Numbered from the stretch's first letter, positions 31,969 through 42,132 are shown. The stretch: 64,000 nt of DNA from Tagaea sp. (GCA_965279525.1 CBDIIB010000005.1:448001-512000); one strand, 5' to 3'. Notes: generated by a model from the letters alone, not told the origin. Made by a program: numbers and translations.

Positions 31969-32457
31969 CTATTTTAGTCCGCTTCGCGGCCCGAAGAAAG
32001 CGTCGAAGAACAGACATGCAACACCGAGCGTAATCCCCGCATCCGCCACGTTAAATGCCGGCCAATGGTAGCCGAACGCGTGGAAATCGAAGAAATCGAA
32101 CACGGCTCCGAAGCGCAGCCGGTCGACTACGTTGCCCACCGCCCCGCCCACGACGAGGCCCAGGGCGACAACGACCGTGGCGTTCTCCGCATTCCGCAGC
32201 CACCAGACGAGACCCGCGACGATCGCCATCGCGAGGGCCGCGAACAGATGGGCGGCCGACGACGAGCCGGTGTTGAACATGCCGAAGCTGACGCCGTAGT
32301 TCCACACGACGACGAGATTGAAGAACGGCAACAGCTCGACATGCGGACGGAAGCCGTCGATGAGATAGCGCAGCATCGCGAACTTGACGGCCTGGTCGAG
32401 CACCAGCACGCCGGTCGCGATCAGCAGCCCGCGGCGGAGTTTTCCCTCCGACGTCAT
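31969..32457 (-). CDS. lspA: Lipoprotein signal peptidase
   Basis: DQAVK, NYGVSFG, GGAVGNVVDR, PAFNVAD; follows ileS. Confidence 0.95.
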   Translation of the reverse strand: MTSEGKLRRGLLIATGVLVLDQAVKFAMLRYLIDGFRPHVELLPFFNLVVVWNYGVSFGMFNTGSSSAAHLFAALAMAIVAGLVWWLRNAENATVVVALGLVVGGAVGNVVDRLRFGAVFDFFDFHAFGYHWPAFNVADAGITLGVACLFFDAFFGPRSGLK

Positions 32458-35330
32458 GTGCCGACGACATCCGCGCAGCGCGCGCACAGCGACGGATGTG
32501 CGGCACGCGTGCCGACATCCGGCAGCACCTTCCAGCAGCGGTCGCACTTGGTGCCGGCCGCCAGCCCGACGACGACGGCCACGCCCGGTGCGTCGGGTTG
32601 CTGGAACGCGTCGGCCGGAACGGACCCGGTGCTGAACGAATGCGCCGACGTGATGAATATCTCGTTCCACGCCTCAGCTGACATCGACGACGAAACCTCG
32701 GTGCTGTCGACAAAAACGGTCGGGGCCGCCTGCAGCGACGAGCCGATCTTCTTTTCCGCGCGCGCCACTTCAAGCGCCCCCGTCACGACGCGGCGAAGGT
32801 CGCGCAGCTTCGCCCACTTGGCGGCAAGTGCGTCGTCCTTCCACGCGGCGGGTGTCTCGGGGAACACGTGCAGATGGACGGATTCCGCCTCGCCCGGATT
32901 GCGCGAACGCCAGGCTTCCTCGGCCGTGAAGCACAGGACCGGGGCAAGCCATTTCACGAGCCGCTCGTAGAGGGCCGCCATCACGGTGCGCGCGGCGCGC
33001 CGGCGCACCGACGATTTGGCATCGCAATAGAGCGCGTCCTTGCGGATGTCGAAATAGAAGGCCGAGAGATCCACCGCGCAGAAATTATGGAGCTCGGTAT
33101 AGAACGCCGTGAACGCGAAATCGTTCACCGCCGTCTTGAGCGCGGCGTCCAGTTCGACCAGGCGATGCAGCACGAAGCGCTCGAGCTCCGGCATTTCGGC
33201 TTCCGGCAGCGCTTCGGCCGCGTCGTAGCCGTCGAGTGCGCCCAGCAAGTAGCGCAGCGTGTTGCGCAGGCGGCGGTAGTATTCGGCCTGCTGCTTCAGG
33301 ATCTCCGGCCCGATGCGCAGGTCTTCCGAATAGTCGGACGCGACGACCCACAGGCGCAAGATGTCGGCGCCGTACTGCTCGATCACCTGCTGCGGGGCCG
33401 TCACGTTGCCCAGCGACTTCGACATCTTGCGGCCCTGCTCGTCGAGCACGAAGCCGTGCGTCAGCACCGCCTCGTAAGGCGCCACGCCGCGCGTGCCGCA
33501 GGCTTCGAGTAGCGAGGAATGGAACCAGCCGCGATGCTGGTCCGAGCCTTCGAGATAGAGCGAGGCCGGCCATTTGAGATCCCAGCCGGTCTTTTCCTTG
33601 GGCGGCTCGAGCGTGTAGGCGTGGCTCGACCCGCTGTCGAACCACACGTCGATCACGTCGCGGATCTGCTCGTAGGCTTCCGGATCGTAGCCGTTGCCCA
33701 GGAAGCGCGACGGCGGCGAGGCGTACCACGCGTCGGCGCCCTCGGCCTCGAAGGCGTCGGCGATGCGGTCGAACACCTTCTGGTCGCGCAGCAACTGGCC
33801 CGATTTCTTATCCACGAAGACGGCAATGGGAACGCCCCAGGCGCGTTGGCGCGAGATGCACCAGTCGGGCCGCGTCTCGATCATCGAACGGATGCGGTTC
33901 TGCCCGCTGGCCGGCACCCAGCGCGTCGCCTCGATCGCGGCCAGCGCCTTGGCGCGCAAGTCGTTCGTGGCCATCGAGATGAACCATTGCGGCGTATTGC
34001 GGAACAGGAGCGGCGCTTTCGAGCGCCACGAATGCGGATAGGAATGCACGAGCGTTCCCATCGCCAGCAGCAGGCCGGTGGGATCGAGCGTGGCGATGAC
34101 CGCCTTGTTGGCGTCGCCCGGCTTGCCGTGCGGCGTGTAGACGCGCTTGCCCGCGAACAGCGCCACATGGTCGTAATAGGTGCCGTCGCCCGACACGGTC
34201 TGCGGCACTTCCACGCCGTGCTTGAGGCCCAGCTCGTAGTCGTCCTCGCCGTGGCCGGGTGCTATGTGCACGAAGCCCGTGCCCGCCTCGGTCGTCACGA
34301 AATCGCCGGTGAAGACCTTCACGTCGAAATCGTAGTAGCCGCCGGCACCTTCCATGCCGCGCAGCGGATGCGCGCACACCGTGCCCGCCATTTCCGCACC
34401 CGTCGCGCGGTCGTCGAGCTCGACATTGACCTCGGCGATCTTCGCGGCCTCGACGAACTCGGTCACGAGCGCCTTGGCGACGAGATAGCGCTGGCCCTTT
34501 TTCGCGCGCGAATCCTCGTGCACGGACTTGACCGTCACGAGGTCGTATTCGATCTCGGCACCCGCCGCGATCGCGCGGTTGCCCGGGATGGTCCACGGCG
34601 TCGTCGTCCAGATGACGATGGAAGCGCCTGCGTGCGAGGGCTTCGCCGCCTTCACGACCGGGAAGGCGAGATGGATCGTCGAGGACTTGTGTTCGTGATA
34701 CTCGATCTCGGCCTCGGCAAGTGCGGTCTTCTCGACGACCGACCACATCACGGGCTTGGAGCCGCGGAACAGGCCGCCATTCATCGCGAACTTGGCGATC
34801 TCGCGCGCGATCTGCGCCTCGGCCGGAAACGACATCGTCGAATAGGGATTGTCCCAGTCGCCGACCACGCCCAGGCGCTTGAACTCGGCCTTCTGGATCT
34901 CGATCCACTTGGCGGCGAACTCGCGGCACTCGCGGCGGAACTCGACGATGTCGACCTTGTCCTTGTCCTTGCCCTTGGCGCGGTACTCCTCCTCGATCTT
35001 CCATTCGATCGGCAGGCCGTGGCAGTCCCAGCCGGGCACGTAGTCGGAATCGAGGCCGGACATCTGGCGCGTGCGCACCACGACGTCCTTCAGGATCTTG
35101 TTGAGCGCGTGGCCGATATGCAGGTGCCCGTTGGCGTAGGGCGGGCCATCGTGCAGCACGAACTTCTCGCGGCCCTTCGAGACCGCACGCTGGCGCTTGT
35201 AGAGCGCAAGCGTGTCCCAGCGCGCCAGCGTGTCGGGCTCGCGCTTGGGCAGGTCGCCGCGCATCGGGAACGCGGTCTGCGGCAGGAAGACGGTCGACTT
35301 GTAATCGGCGGGCTTGGCGGGTGCGGACAT
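32454..35330 (-). CDS. ileS: Isoleucine--tRNA ligase (type 1)
   Basis: LHDGPPYANGHLHIGH, WCISRQRAWG, KMSKS, C-terminal zinc motif CDRCW..CARC. Confidence 0.98.
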   Translation of the reverse strand: MSAPAKPADYKSTVFLPQTAFPMRGDLPKREPDTLARWDTLALYKRQRAVSKGREKFVLHDGPPYANGHLHIGHALNKILKDVVVRTRQMSGLDSDYVPGWDCHGLPIEWKIEEEYRAKGKDKDKVDIVEFRRECREFAAKWIEIQKAEFKRLGVVGDWDNPYSTMSFPAEAQIAREIAKFAMNGGLFRGSKPVMWSVVEKTALAEAEIEYHEHKSSTIHLAFPVVKAAKPSHAGASIVIWTTTPWTIPGNRAIAAGAEIEYDLVTVKSVHEDSRAKKGQRYLVAKALVTEFVEAAKIAEVNVELDDRATGAEMAGTVCAHPLRGMEGAGGYYDFDVKVFTGDFVTTEAGTGFVHIAPGHGEDDYELGLKHGVEVPQTVSGDGTYYDHVALFAGKRVYTPHGKPGDANKAVIATLDPTGLLLAMGTLVHSYPHSWRSKAPLLFRNTPQWFISMATNDLRAKALAAIEATRWVPASGQNRIRSMIETRPDWCISRQRAWGVPIAVFVDKKSGQLLRDQKVFDRIADAFEAEGADAWYASPPSRFLGNGYDPEAYEQIRDVIDVWFDSGSSHAYTLEPPKEKTGWDLKWPASLYLEGSDQHRGWFHSSLLEACGTRGVAPYEAVLTHGFVLDEQGRKMSKSLGNVTAPQQVIEQYGADILRLWVVASDYSEDLRIGPEILKQQAEYYRRLRNTLRYLLGALDGYDAAEALPEAEMPELERFVLHRLVELDAALKTAVNDFAFTAFYTELHNFCAVDLSAFYFDIRKDALYCDAKSSVRRRAARTVMAALYERLVKWLAPVLCFTAEEAWRSRNPGEAESVHLHVFPETPAAWKDDALAAKWAKLRDLRRVVTGALEVARAEKKIGSSLQAAPTVFVDSTEVSSSMSAEAWNEIFITSAHSFSTGSVPADAFQQPDAPGVAVVVGLAAGTKCDRCWKVLPDVGTRAAHPSLCARCADVVGT

Positions 35331-35353
35331 CGGACGGACGGCTCCGGATCGGA

Positions 35354-35629
35354 TCAGGCGGCGAGAGAACGGCGATACGTGTCGAGATCGACGCGCTCGA
35401 CATGCACGAGGGATTGCAGCACGTCGCGCACATGCGCGGCGACGTCGTCTTCAAGCCCGCGGCACTCGACGTCGATGGTCAGCATGCCGTCGACGACACG
35501 CGCGAGGAACCGTTCGGGCAGCAGGTCGCGTTTGGCGAACTGGTCGAGCACGCGCGCGGGCAAGCCGACATTCGGCTGGGCGACCACGGCGAAGAAACGC
35601 ACGCTATCGGCGGGATTGGCTTGGGACAT
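35354..35629 (-). CDS. Small ACT-like hypothetical protein upstream of ileS
   Basis: 91 aa MSQANPADSVRFFAVVAQPNVGLPARVLDQFAKRDLLP...; GGAG SD; alternating beta/alpha pattern reminiscent of ACT domains. Confidence 0.65.
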   Translation of the reverse strand: MSQANPADSVRFFAVVAQPNVGLPARVLDQFAKRDLLPERFLARVVDGMLTIDVECRGLEDDVAAHVRDVLQSLVHVERVDLDTYRRSLAA

Positions 35630-35752
35630 GACGCAGACACTCCACAGGGGCAACGAAGGCACGAATCGACGCATCCCGGTTCTCGACGAGAACCGGGCGG
35701 TTAATTCGCCCCTGCGGGCCGAAGGTGAAGCGATCGGGCGTCATCGGTCGGC

Positions 35753-35780
35753 ACTATAGACGGTGACGGAAGCCCGTCAA
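35753..35780 (-). promoter_or_regulatory. Sigma70 promoter of the ileS operon
   Basis: TTGACG-N16-TATAGT on the minus strand. Confidence 0.65.
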
Positions 35781-35880
35781 CCGGACGGGATCGCCGCAAA
35801 AGTTGGTTGACGGCAGTTGACGAGCGTTGACCGTCAACTGCCTAACCCTTTGATTCCGCTCGGAGGTGACGGGATGACGG
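35764..35880. repeat. Cluster of TGACGG/GTTGAC short repeats with an 11-bp inverted repeat
   Basis: GTTGAC at 35806, 35816 and 35826 (10-bp period); GGCAGTTGACG(35812-35822)/CGTCAACTGCC(35832-35842); six TGACGG copies in both orientations. Confidence 0.7.
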
Positions 35881-35976
35881 CGGAATTTTCCTGTCACATG
35901 TAGGGCGGTCGGAATCGACATCGGTCAGCCTTCAGCAATATTTACGATATATAACCTATAATAGGAAAAATCGCAA

Positions 35977-36693
35977 TCAGATTTTATCCGGCCCGGCGCG
36001 GCGGACGAGTTCGGCGCGCTCTTCGGCGCTGAGGGCTCTGAGGCCGACGGGAACGTTGCCGACGAGGAACCGCGACACGGCGCCGCTCGCGTCGACGAGC
36101 GGCAGCACGATGCGCTGCCACGACCGCGCCGACAGGAAGCTCGGCGAGAAATGCTCGCTGTAGATGGGCCGGCGCGACAGCAGCGAGGCGCGGTACATCG
36201 CCCGGTAGTAGGACCCGAAGCGCAGTTTCGTCTTTTCGCACATCGCGGCGACCGACCAGCCGGTCCAGTCCTGCCCGGCCACGCCGGCGATGCCCGACCC
36301 ATAGAGCCGGTAGACGAAGTCGTCGCCCGACGGCAGGACGTCGAGCAGCAGGATGTAGCCGAGCGCCGGGCGCATCTGCACGGGATCGACGGATTCCTGC
36401 GCCGGCAGATCGCGCGGGCACGGCAGGCCGTGCCAGTAGTCGTACAGGAAGCGCAAGGTTGGATGATCGAGTGTGCCGGCACCCGGATCGGGCCGGATCG
36501 TCGGCCCCGGAACGCCGGCGGCGGCAAAATCGCCGTCGAACATTCCGGTCTCTCCGGCAAGGATGGCGCGCGCGAACGCATCGATGCGCGCGTGATCGCC
36601 GGGCGGCGGCACGAAAGCGACCGGCGCATGAGGGAACGCCGGCGCCTCGTGGAGCGGCTGACCAAATTTCCCGTCGCCCGTGCCGGCCGGCAT
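35977..36693 (-). CDS. PAS_5-like domain protein downstream of pheT
   Basis: LYDYWHGL..LPAQESVDPVQMRPALGYILLLD..DFVYRLYGS..DWTG..WQRIVLPL. Confidence 0.78.
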   Translation of the reverse strand: MPAGTGDGKFGQPLHEAPAFPHAPVAFVPPPGDHARIDAFARAILAGETGMFDGDFAAAGVPGPTIRPDPGAGTLDHPTLRFLYDYWHGLPCPRDLPAQESVDPVQMRPALGYILLLDVLPSGDDFVYRLYGSGIAGVAGQDWTGWSVAAMCEKTKLRFGSYYRAMYRASLLSRRPIYSEHFSPSFLSARSWQRIVLPLVDASGAVSRFLVGNVPVGLRALSAEERAELVRRAGPDKI

Positions 36694-36700
36694 CGCCGGT

Positions 36701-39103
36701 CTACGCCCGGAGACTCGCCCCCGTCGCCTTGGCGACGGCGGCGACGATCTTCGTGGCGACGGCTTCCAGGTCCTCGTCGGTCAGCGTGCGCTCGACGGGC
36801 TGCAGGCGCACGGCGATGGCGACCGACTTGCGGCCGTCGGCCACACCCTTGCCGCGATAGACGTCGAACACGCTGGCACCCGCGATCAGCGCCTTGTCGG
36901 CGGATTTGGCTGCACGCAGGATCGCGTCGGCCGCCACAGCTTCGTCGACGACGAAGGCGAAATCGCGTTCGACCGGCTGCAACGTCGCGAGCTTCAGCGC
37001 CGGGCGCTGGCGGCCCGCCTTGGCCTTGGGTGCCGGCAGCGCATCGAGGAACACCTCGCACGCGACGATCGGGAAATCGATGTCGAGCACCTTCAGCGCT
37101 TCGGGATGCAGCTCGCCGAACTGGGCGAGCACCGTCTTGGGCCCGAGCTTCAGCACGCCCGAGCGCCCCGGATGGAACCAGCCCGGGGCCTCGCGCGCCA
37201 CGGCCACGTTCTCGATCGACAGGCCAAGCTGCTGGAGCAACGCGAGCGCATCGCCCTTGGCGTCGAACGCGTCGACATTGCGCGCCGTCTGCCCCCAGTG
37301 GCGGCCCACGGCCGAGCCGGCGCGCACGCACGTGGCGACCATGCGCTGCCCGGTCTCGGAAGGATCGTGGAAGATCGGGCCGACCTCGAACAGCGCGCTG
37401 TCCGGCCAGCCGCGATCGGCGTTGCGCCTGGCGGCATTGGCAAGGTTGGGGATGACCGACGGGCGCATGTAATCGAGATCGGCGCTGATCGGGTTGGCGA
37501 GTGCCAGCTTCGGGTTCGTGCCGCCGAAGGGCGTGGCGTGGCTTGCCTGCATGAACGAGAACGTCACCGCCTCGACGAGGCCCAGTCCCGCAAGCACGCG
37601 CTTGGCATCGCGCACGCGGCGCTGCGCGGGCGTGAGGGCGAGCGGCGGCATCGCGGTGTCGCGCGGCAGGCGCGCCGGCTGAATCGAATCGTAGCCGATG
37701 ATGCGGATGACCTCTTCCACCAGATCGGCTTCGCCGTGCACGTCGGCACGCCAGGCCGGCGGGGAAACTTCGGACGCGTTGCCCTTGTCGGCGACCGTGA
37801 AGCCGAGTGCGCCGAGGATGCGCGCCTGCTCGGCCTTCGGCACGTCGAGCCCGCCAAGCGTGGCGCAGCGTTCGGGGCGCAGCGTGTAGCTGCGCTTCCA
37901 TTCGGGTACGGCACCGGTGACGACCGGCTCGGAACATTCGCCGCCGCACAGTTCGAGGATCAGCTTCGTCGCGGCTTCCATGCCGTCGATCACGGCGGCG
38001 GGATCGAGGCCGCGCTCGAAGCGGTAGCGCGCGTCGGACAGGATCTGGTGGTGCCGGCCGGTCATCGCCACGCGGATCGGGTCGAACAGCGCCACTTCGA
38101 GGAACATCTCGGTCGTGTCGGGGCCGCATCCCGTGGTCGTCCCGCCCATCAGGCCACCCATCGAGACGGGCTCGCCGGTGCCGTCGCAGATCAGCGTCTC
38201 GCCGCCGGCCATCGTGTAGGCCTTGTTGTTGAGCGCGGAGAAAACCTCGCCGCCCTTGGCCGGCTTCAGGACCAGATCGCCCTTGAGCTTGCCGGCGTCG
38301 AACACATGCAGCGGGCGGTTGATGTCGAGCGTGAAGAAATTGGTGATGTCGACGAGCGTGGAGATGGGCCGCAAGCCCACCGCGATCAACCGGTCGGCCA
38401 GCCATTTGGGCGACGGGCCGTTCTTGAGGCCGCGGAAATGCCGGCCGACGAAAAGCGGGCAATGGCCCGGCTCGGCCAGCTCGAAGCGCACGCCGACGGG
38501 CGACTTGTACTTGCCGGGAACCTTCGCGACGGGTGCGGGCTTGAGCGTGCCGATGCCGGCGGCGGCAAGATCGCGCGCGATGCCGCGCACGCCGAGGCAA
38601 TCGGCGCGGTTGGGCGTGATCGCGATGTCGATGACCGGATCGTCGTAACCGAGCAGTTCGGCGAACGGCTTGCCGACGGGTGCGTCGGCCGGCAGATCGA
38701 TGATGCCGTCATGGTCTTCGCCAAGGCCCATCTCGCGCATCGACACGAGCATGCCGTTGGAAGCCTGGCCACGGATCTGGCCGGCCTTCAGCAGAAGACC
38801 CGTACCCGGAACGGTCGAGCCGACGGGCGCGAACACGCCCTTCATGCCGGTGCGCGCGTTGGGCGCCCCGCACACGACCTGCACGATGCCCGCCCCCGTA
38901 TCGACCGTACACACGCGCAGCCGGTCGGCGTCGGGATGGGGTTTCGCTTCGATCACATGCGCGACCTTGAAGGCGGCCAGCGCCTTTGCGCGATCCTCGA
39001 TCCCTTCGAGTTCGAGGCCGATCGCCGTCAGCGCCTTGGCGATGTCGTCGATCGAGGCCGTCGTGTCGAGATGCGTCTTGAGCCAGGAGAGCGTGAACTT
39101 CAT
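36701..39103 (-). CDS. pheT: Phenylalanine--tRNA ligase beta subunit
   Basis: [47 protein letters not shown] tail. Confidence 0.98.
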   Translation of the reverse strand: MKFTLSWLKTHLDTTASIDDIAKALTAIGLELEGIEDRAKALAAFKVAHVIEAKPHPDADRLRVCTVDTGAGIVQVVCGAPNARTGMKGVFAPVGSTVPGTGLLLKAGQIRGQASNGMLVSMREMGLGEDHDGIIDLPADAPVGKPFAELLGYDDPVIDIAITPNRADCLGVRGIARDLAAAGIGTLKPAPVAKVPGKYKSPVGVRFELAEPGHCPLFVGRHFRGLKNGPSPKWLADRLIAVGLRPISTLVDITNFFTLDINRPLHVFDAGKLKGDLVLKPAKGGEVFSALNNKAYTMAGGETLICDGTGEPVSMGGLMGGTTTGCGPDTTEMFLEVALFDPIRVAMTGRHHQILSDARYRFERGLDPAAVIDGMEAATKLILELCGGECSEPVVTGAVPEWKRSYTLRPERCATLGGLDVPKAEQARILGALGFTVADKGNASEVSPPAWRADVHGEADLVEEVIRIIGYDSIQPARLPRDTAMPPLALTPAQRRVRDAKRVLAGLGLVEAVTFSFMQASHATPFGGTNPKLALANPISADLDYMRPSVIPNLANAARRNADRGWPDSALFEVGPIFHDPSETGQRMVATCVRAGSAVGRHWGQTARNVDAFDAKGDALALLQQLGLSIENVAVAREAPGWFHPGRSGVLKLGPKTVLAQFGELHPEALKVLDIDFPIVACEVFLDALPAPKAKAGRQRPALKLATLQPVERDFAFVVDEAVAADAILRAAKSADKALIAGASVFDVYRGKGVADGRKSVAIAVRLQPVERTLTDEDLEAVATKIVAAVAKATGASLRA

Positions 39104-40179
39104 CGCGCGAGACCGCCGGAAAGGGTGGGAACGTCGACGGCAAGGAAGCCGTAGTGCTTGAGCCAGCGCAGGTCGGCTTCATAGAAGGTGCGAAGGTCGG
39201 GGATGCCGTATTTGAGCATCGCCACGCGCTCGATCCCCATGCCGAAGGCAAAGCCCTGGTATTGGTCGGGATCGATGCCGCACATCGCGAGCACCTTGGG
39301 GTTCACCATCCCGCAGCCGAGGATCTCGAGCCAGTCGTCGCCGACACCGAGCTTCAGCTCGCCGCCGCCGCGCGTGCAGGCGATGTCCATCTCGGCCGAC
39401 GGCTCGGTGAAGGGGAAGTAGCTCGGCCGGAAGCGGTAGCGCAGGTCCGGGATCTCGAAGTAGGCACGCACGAATTCCACGAGGCAGCCCTTGAGGTGGC
39501 CCATGTGCGTGGTCTTGTCGATGACGAGACCTTCGATCTGGTGGAAGTTCGGCGAGTGCGTCGCGTCGGAGTCCGACCGGTAGGTGCGCCCCGGCGCGAT
39601 GACCCGGATCGGCGGCTTCTGCGCCAGCATCGAGCGCACCTGCACGGGGCTGGTGTGCGTGCGCAGCACGTTGCCGTATTGCTGGCCGTCCTCGCCGACC
39701 AGATAGAACGTGTCGTGGCTCTGGCGGGCCGGATGCTCGGGCGGGATGTTGAGGCGCGTGAAGTTGTAATCGTCGCTCTCGATGTCCGGCCCTTCGGCGA
39801 CCGCGAAACCCATCTCGCCGAAGATCGCGACCAGTTCGTCGATCGTCTGGCTGATCGGATGGATGCGGCCTTCGGGCGTCGAACGTACGGGAAGCGACAC
39901 GTCGACCGTCTCGGCGGCAAGCCGCGCATCGAGGGCGGCACCTTCGAGGGATGCCTTGCGCGCGTCGAGGCGGTTGGCGAGCGCATCCTTCAGAACGTTG
40001 AACGCGGCCCCGCGCGCCTTGCGCTCGTCCGCGGGCAGCGTGCCAAGCGTCTTCATCAGCTCGGTCACGCGGCCCTTCTTGCCGAGCGTTTCCACGCGCA
40101 CGGCGTCGAGCGCTTCGAGGCTGGCGGCCGCGTCGATCTTCGCGGCGATCTCGGTTTCGATCTGCGTCAGGTCGTCCAT
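39100..40179 (-). CDS. pheS: Phenylalanine--tRNA ligase alpha subunit
   Basis: [41 protein letters not shown]. Confidence 0.98.
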   Translation of the reverse strand: MDDLTQIETEIAAKIDAAASLEALDAVRVETLGKKGRVTELMKTLGTLPADERKARGAAFNVLKDALANRLDARKASLEGAALDARLAAETVDVSLPVRSTPEGRIHPISQTIDELVAIFGEMGFAVAEGPDIESDDYNFTRLNIPPEHPARQSHDTFYLVGEDGQQYGNVLRTHTSPVQVRSMLAQKPPIRVIAPGRTYRSDSDATHSPNFHQIEGLVIDKTTHMGHLKGCLVEFVRAYFEIPDLRYRFRPSYFPFTEPSAEMDIACTRGGGELKLGVGDDWLEILGCGMVNPKVLAMCGIDPDQYQGFAFGMGIERVAMLKYGIPDLRTFYEADLRWLKHYGFLAVDVPTLSGGLAR

Positions 40180-40204
40180 GAACTCGTCACCGGTCTTGAA
40201 ACGG

Positions 40205-40240
40205 AAAAAGGGGGCCCGGCCTTGAAGGCCAGACCCCCTC
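40205..40240 (-). terminator. Intrinsic terminator after rplT
   Basis: Minus strand GGGGGTCTGGCC-TTCAA-GGCCGGGCCCCC followed by TTTTT. Confidence 0.7.
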
Positions 40241-40276
40241 TGTCGGGTCGAAAGCGTCTTTAGACGAAAAGACGGC

Positions 40277-40630
40277 TTAGAGGGCGGCCTTGGCCTTCGC
40301 AACCAAGGCGCCAAAACCCTGCGGATCGGTCATCGCGATGTTGGCCAGCACCTTGCGATCGATCTCGATCGAGGCCTTCTTGAGGCCGGCGATCAGGTTC
40401 GAGTAGGTGAGGCCGTGCTCGCGCGCACCGGCATTGATGCGCTGGATCCAGAGTGCCCGGAATTCGCGCTTCTTGTTGCGACGGTCGCGGTAGGCGTACT
40501 GCAGGCCCTTCTCAAGGCGCTGGAGTGCCGCACGGAACGTTGTGCCGCTCCGGCCCACATAGCCGGAAGCGAGGTCGACGACTTTCTTGTGGCGCGCACG
40601 CCCGGTGACGCCACGTTTTACACGAGCCAT
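40277..40630 (-). CDS. rplT: 50S ribosomal protein L20
   Basis: [31 protein letters not shown]. Confidence 0.98.
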   Translation of the reverse strand: MARVKRGVTGRARHKKVVDLASGYVGRSGTTFRAALQRLEKGLQYAYRDRRNKKREFRALWIQRINAGAREHGLTYSNLIAGLKKASIEIDRKVLANIAMTDPQGFGALVAKAKAAL

Positions 40631-40652
40631 TTTGTCTCTCCTTGCGTGCGGA

Positions 40653-40853
40653 TCAGGCGTACGGGAGGAAGAAGCGCTTCACGCGCACTTCCTCGCCATG
40701 CGTCAGCGCGGAGGTGCCGCGCGACGAACGCTTCACCTTCTGGGGGCGCTTGCGCATGCCATGGCGCCGTCCGACCGCTGCGGCGAGAACCTTGCCGCTG
40801 GCCGTGACTTTGAACCGCTTCTTGGCGGCCGACTTGGTCTTCATCTTGGGCAT
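40653..40853 (-). CDS. rpmI: 50S ribosomal protein L35
   Basis: [21 protein letters not shown]; AAGGAG SD. Confidence 0.97.
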   Translation of the reverse strand: MPKMKTKSAAKKRFKVTASGKVLAAAVGRRHGMRKRPQKVKRSSRGTSALTHGEEVRVKRFFLPYA

Positions 40854-40975
40854 TTGAAACTCCTTCGTAAGTTCCGAGCGGTTGGGCATGCCCTGTTGGA
40901 ATGCGCTCCGGTCGGGGTCCCGAAGGTCCCCGAACGGCATTCCGCGCCGTGGCCGCTCCTGTTTGGAGGTCGCGG

Positions 40976-41004
40976 GTTATACAAGGGGGGCAGGGACTTG
41001 GCAA
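40976..41004 (-). promoter_or_regulatory. Sigma70 promoter of rpmI-rplT
   Basis: TTGCCA-N17-TATAAC on the minus strand. Confidence 0.65.
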
Positions 41005-41230
41005 GCGGCCCCGGACGGACGGCGATTTCCCTTGTAAATCAGCCGTCAAAGTGGTCTTTGCGCCCCACGATCCTTTCTCTGGCCTGCCTCTTGGCGGCTT
41101 GCCCCTTCGGGGGTCCACCCTGGTCACACCCAGAAATCCGGTCGTCCAAAGCCGCATGCATCCTGCGTGCGGCGAGAATCGTCCGCGTTCCGGCTTGGCC
41201 GGGCGCGCGGGCAAACCCATGGAGGCCGAG

Positions 41231-41434
41231 ATGGCTGATGGCAAAGTGAAGTGGTTCAACGCGACGAAGGGCTTCGGCTTCATCGTCCCGACCGACGGTA
41301 CGCAGGACGTGTTCGTCCATATCAGCGCCGTCGAGCGCGCGGGTCTCAAGACCCTCGCCGAAGGCCAGGAAGTCTCGTTCGACCTCGTCCGCGATCGCGG
41401 CAAGACGTCGGCGGGCAACCTCAAGGTCGCCTAA
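41231..41434 (+). CDS. cspA: Cold-shock protein (CspA family)
   Basis: [23 protein letters not shown]; GGAGG SD. Confidence 0.95.
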   Translation: MADGKVKWFNATKGFGFIVPTDGTQDVFVHISAVERAGLKTLAEGQEVSFDLVRDRGKTSAGNLKVA

Positions 41435-41454
41435 GCACCCTTACCGGTGCGACG

Positions 41455-41484
41455 AAAAAGGGCCCCTCGCGGGGCCCTTTTTTT
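41455..41484. terminator. Bidirectional intrinsic terminator between csp and infC
   Basis: AAAAAGGGCCCC-TCGC-GGGGCCCTTTTTTT. Confidence 0.88.
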
Positions 41485-41508
41485 GTCGCCGGCGATGGGA
41501 GAGCACCG

Positions 41509-42045
41509 TTATTTGGGTGCCACGACCATCGTCATCTGGCGGCCTTCCATGCGCGGGTGCGCCTCGACCTTCACGAGCTGGCCGAGATCTTCCTTCAGGC
41601 GGTCGAGCAGCAGGTGGCCGAGTTCCTGGTGGACCATCTCGCGGCCCCGGAAACGCAGCGTCACCTTGACCTTGTCGCCTTCTTCGATGAAGCGGATCAT
41701 CGCGCGCTTCTTGACGTCGTAGTCGTGATCGTCGATGCCCGGGCGCATCTTGATCTCCTTGATCTCGATGACCTTCTGCTTCTTGCGGGCCTCGTTGGCC
41801 TTCTTCTGCTGCTCGTACTTGAACTTGCCGAAGTCGAGCAGCTTGGCGACGGGCGGTTCGGCGTTGGGGCTCACCTCGACCACGTCGAGGCCGGCATCCC
41901 AGCCGAGCTGCAGGGCGTCGAAGACGTTCACGACACCGAGCATCTCGCCCTCCGCGCCGATCAGGCGCAGGTCGGCCGATTCGATTTCGTCATTGATGCG
42001 CGGGCCATCCTTGGCGGGCGCTGATTCCTGGGTCGGACGGGCGAT
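41509..42045 (-). CDS. infC: Translation initiation factor IF-3 (non-canonical ATC start, or ATT at 42051)
   Basis: [41 protein letters not shown]; AAAGG SD 8 nt before ATC. Confidence 0.93.
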   Translation of the reverse strand: MARPTQESAPAKDGPRINDEIESADLRLIGAEGEMLGVVNVFDALQLGWDAGLDVVEVSPNAEPPVAKLLDFGKFKYEQQKKANEARKKQKVIEIKEIKMRPGIDDHDYDVKKRAMIRFIEEGDKVKVTLRFRGREMVHQELGHLLLDRLKEDLGQLVKVEAHPRMEGRQMTMVVAPK

Positions 42046-42132
42046 GGCAATTACCTTTCAGCAGTTGGAAACCGGGCGAATTTACGCGCGCAGGCCGGCA
42101 AGTCAAGGCCGGCAAGCCAAACACGGGGCAAG

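Noticed and set aside
35800-35990. Chromosomal oriC or CRISPR array
   Set aside because: No DnaA-box cluster or hemE/dnaA context; repeats are 6-11 bp with no spacer structure and there are no cas genes
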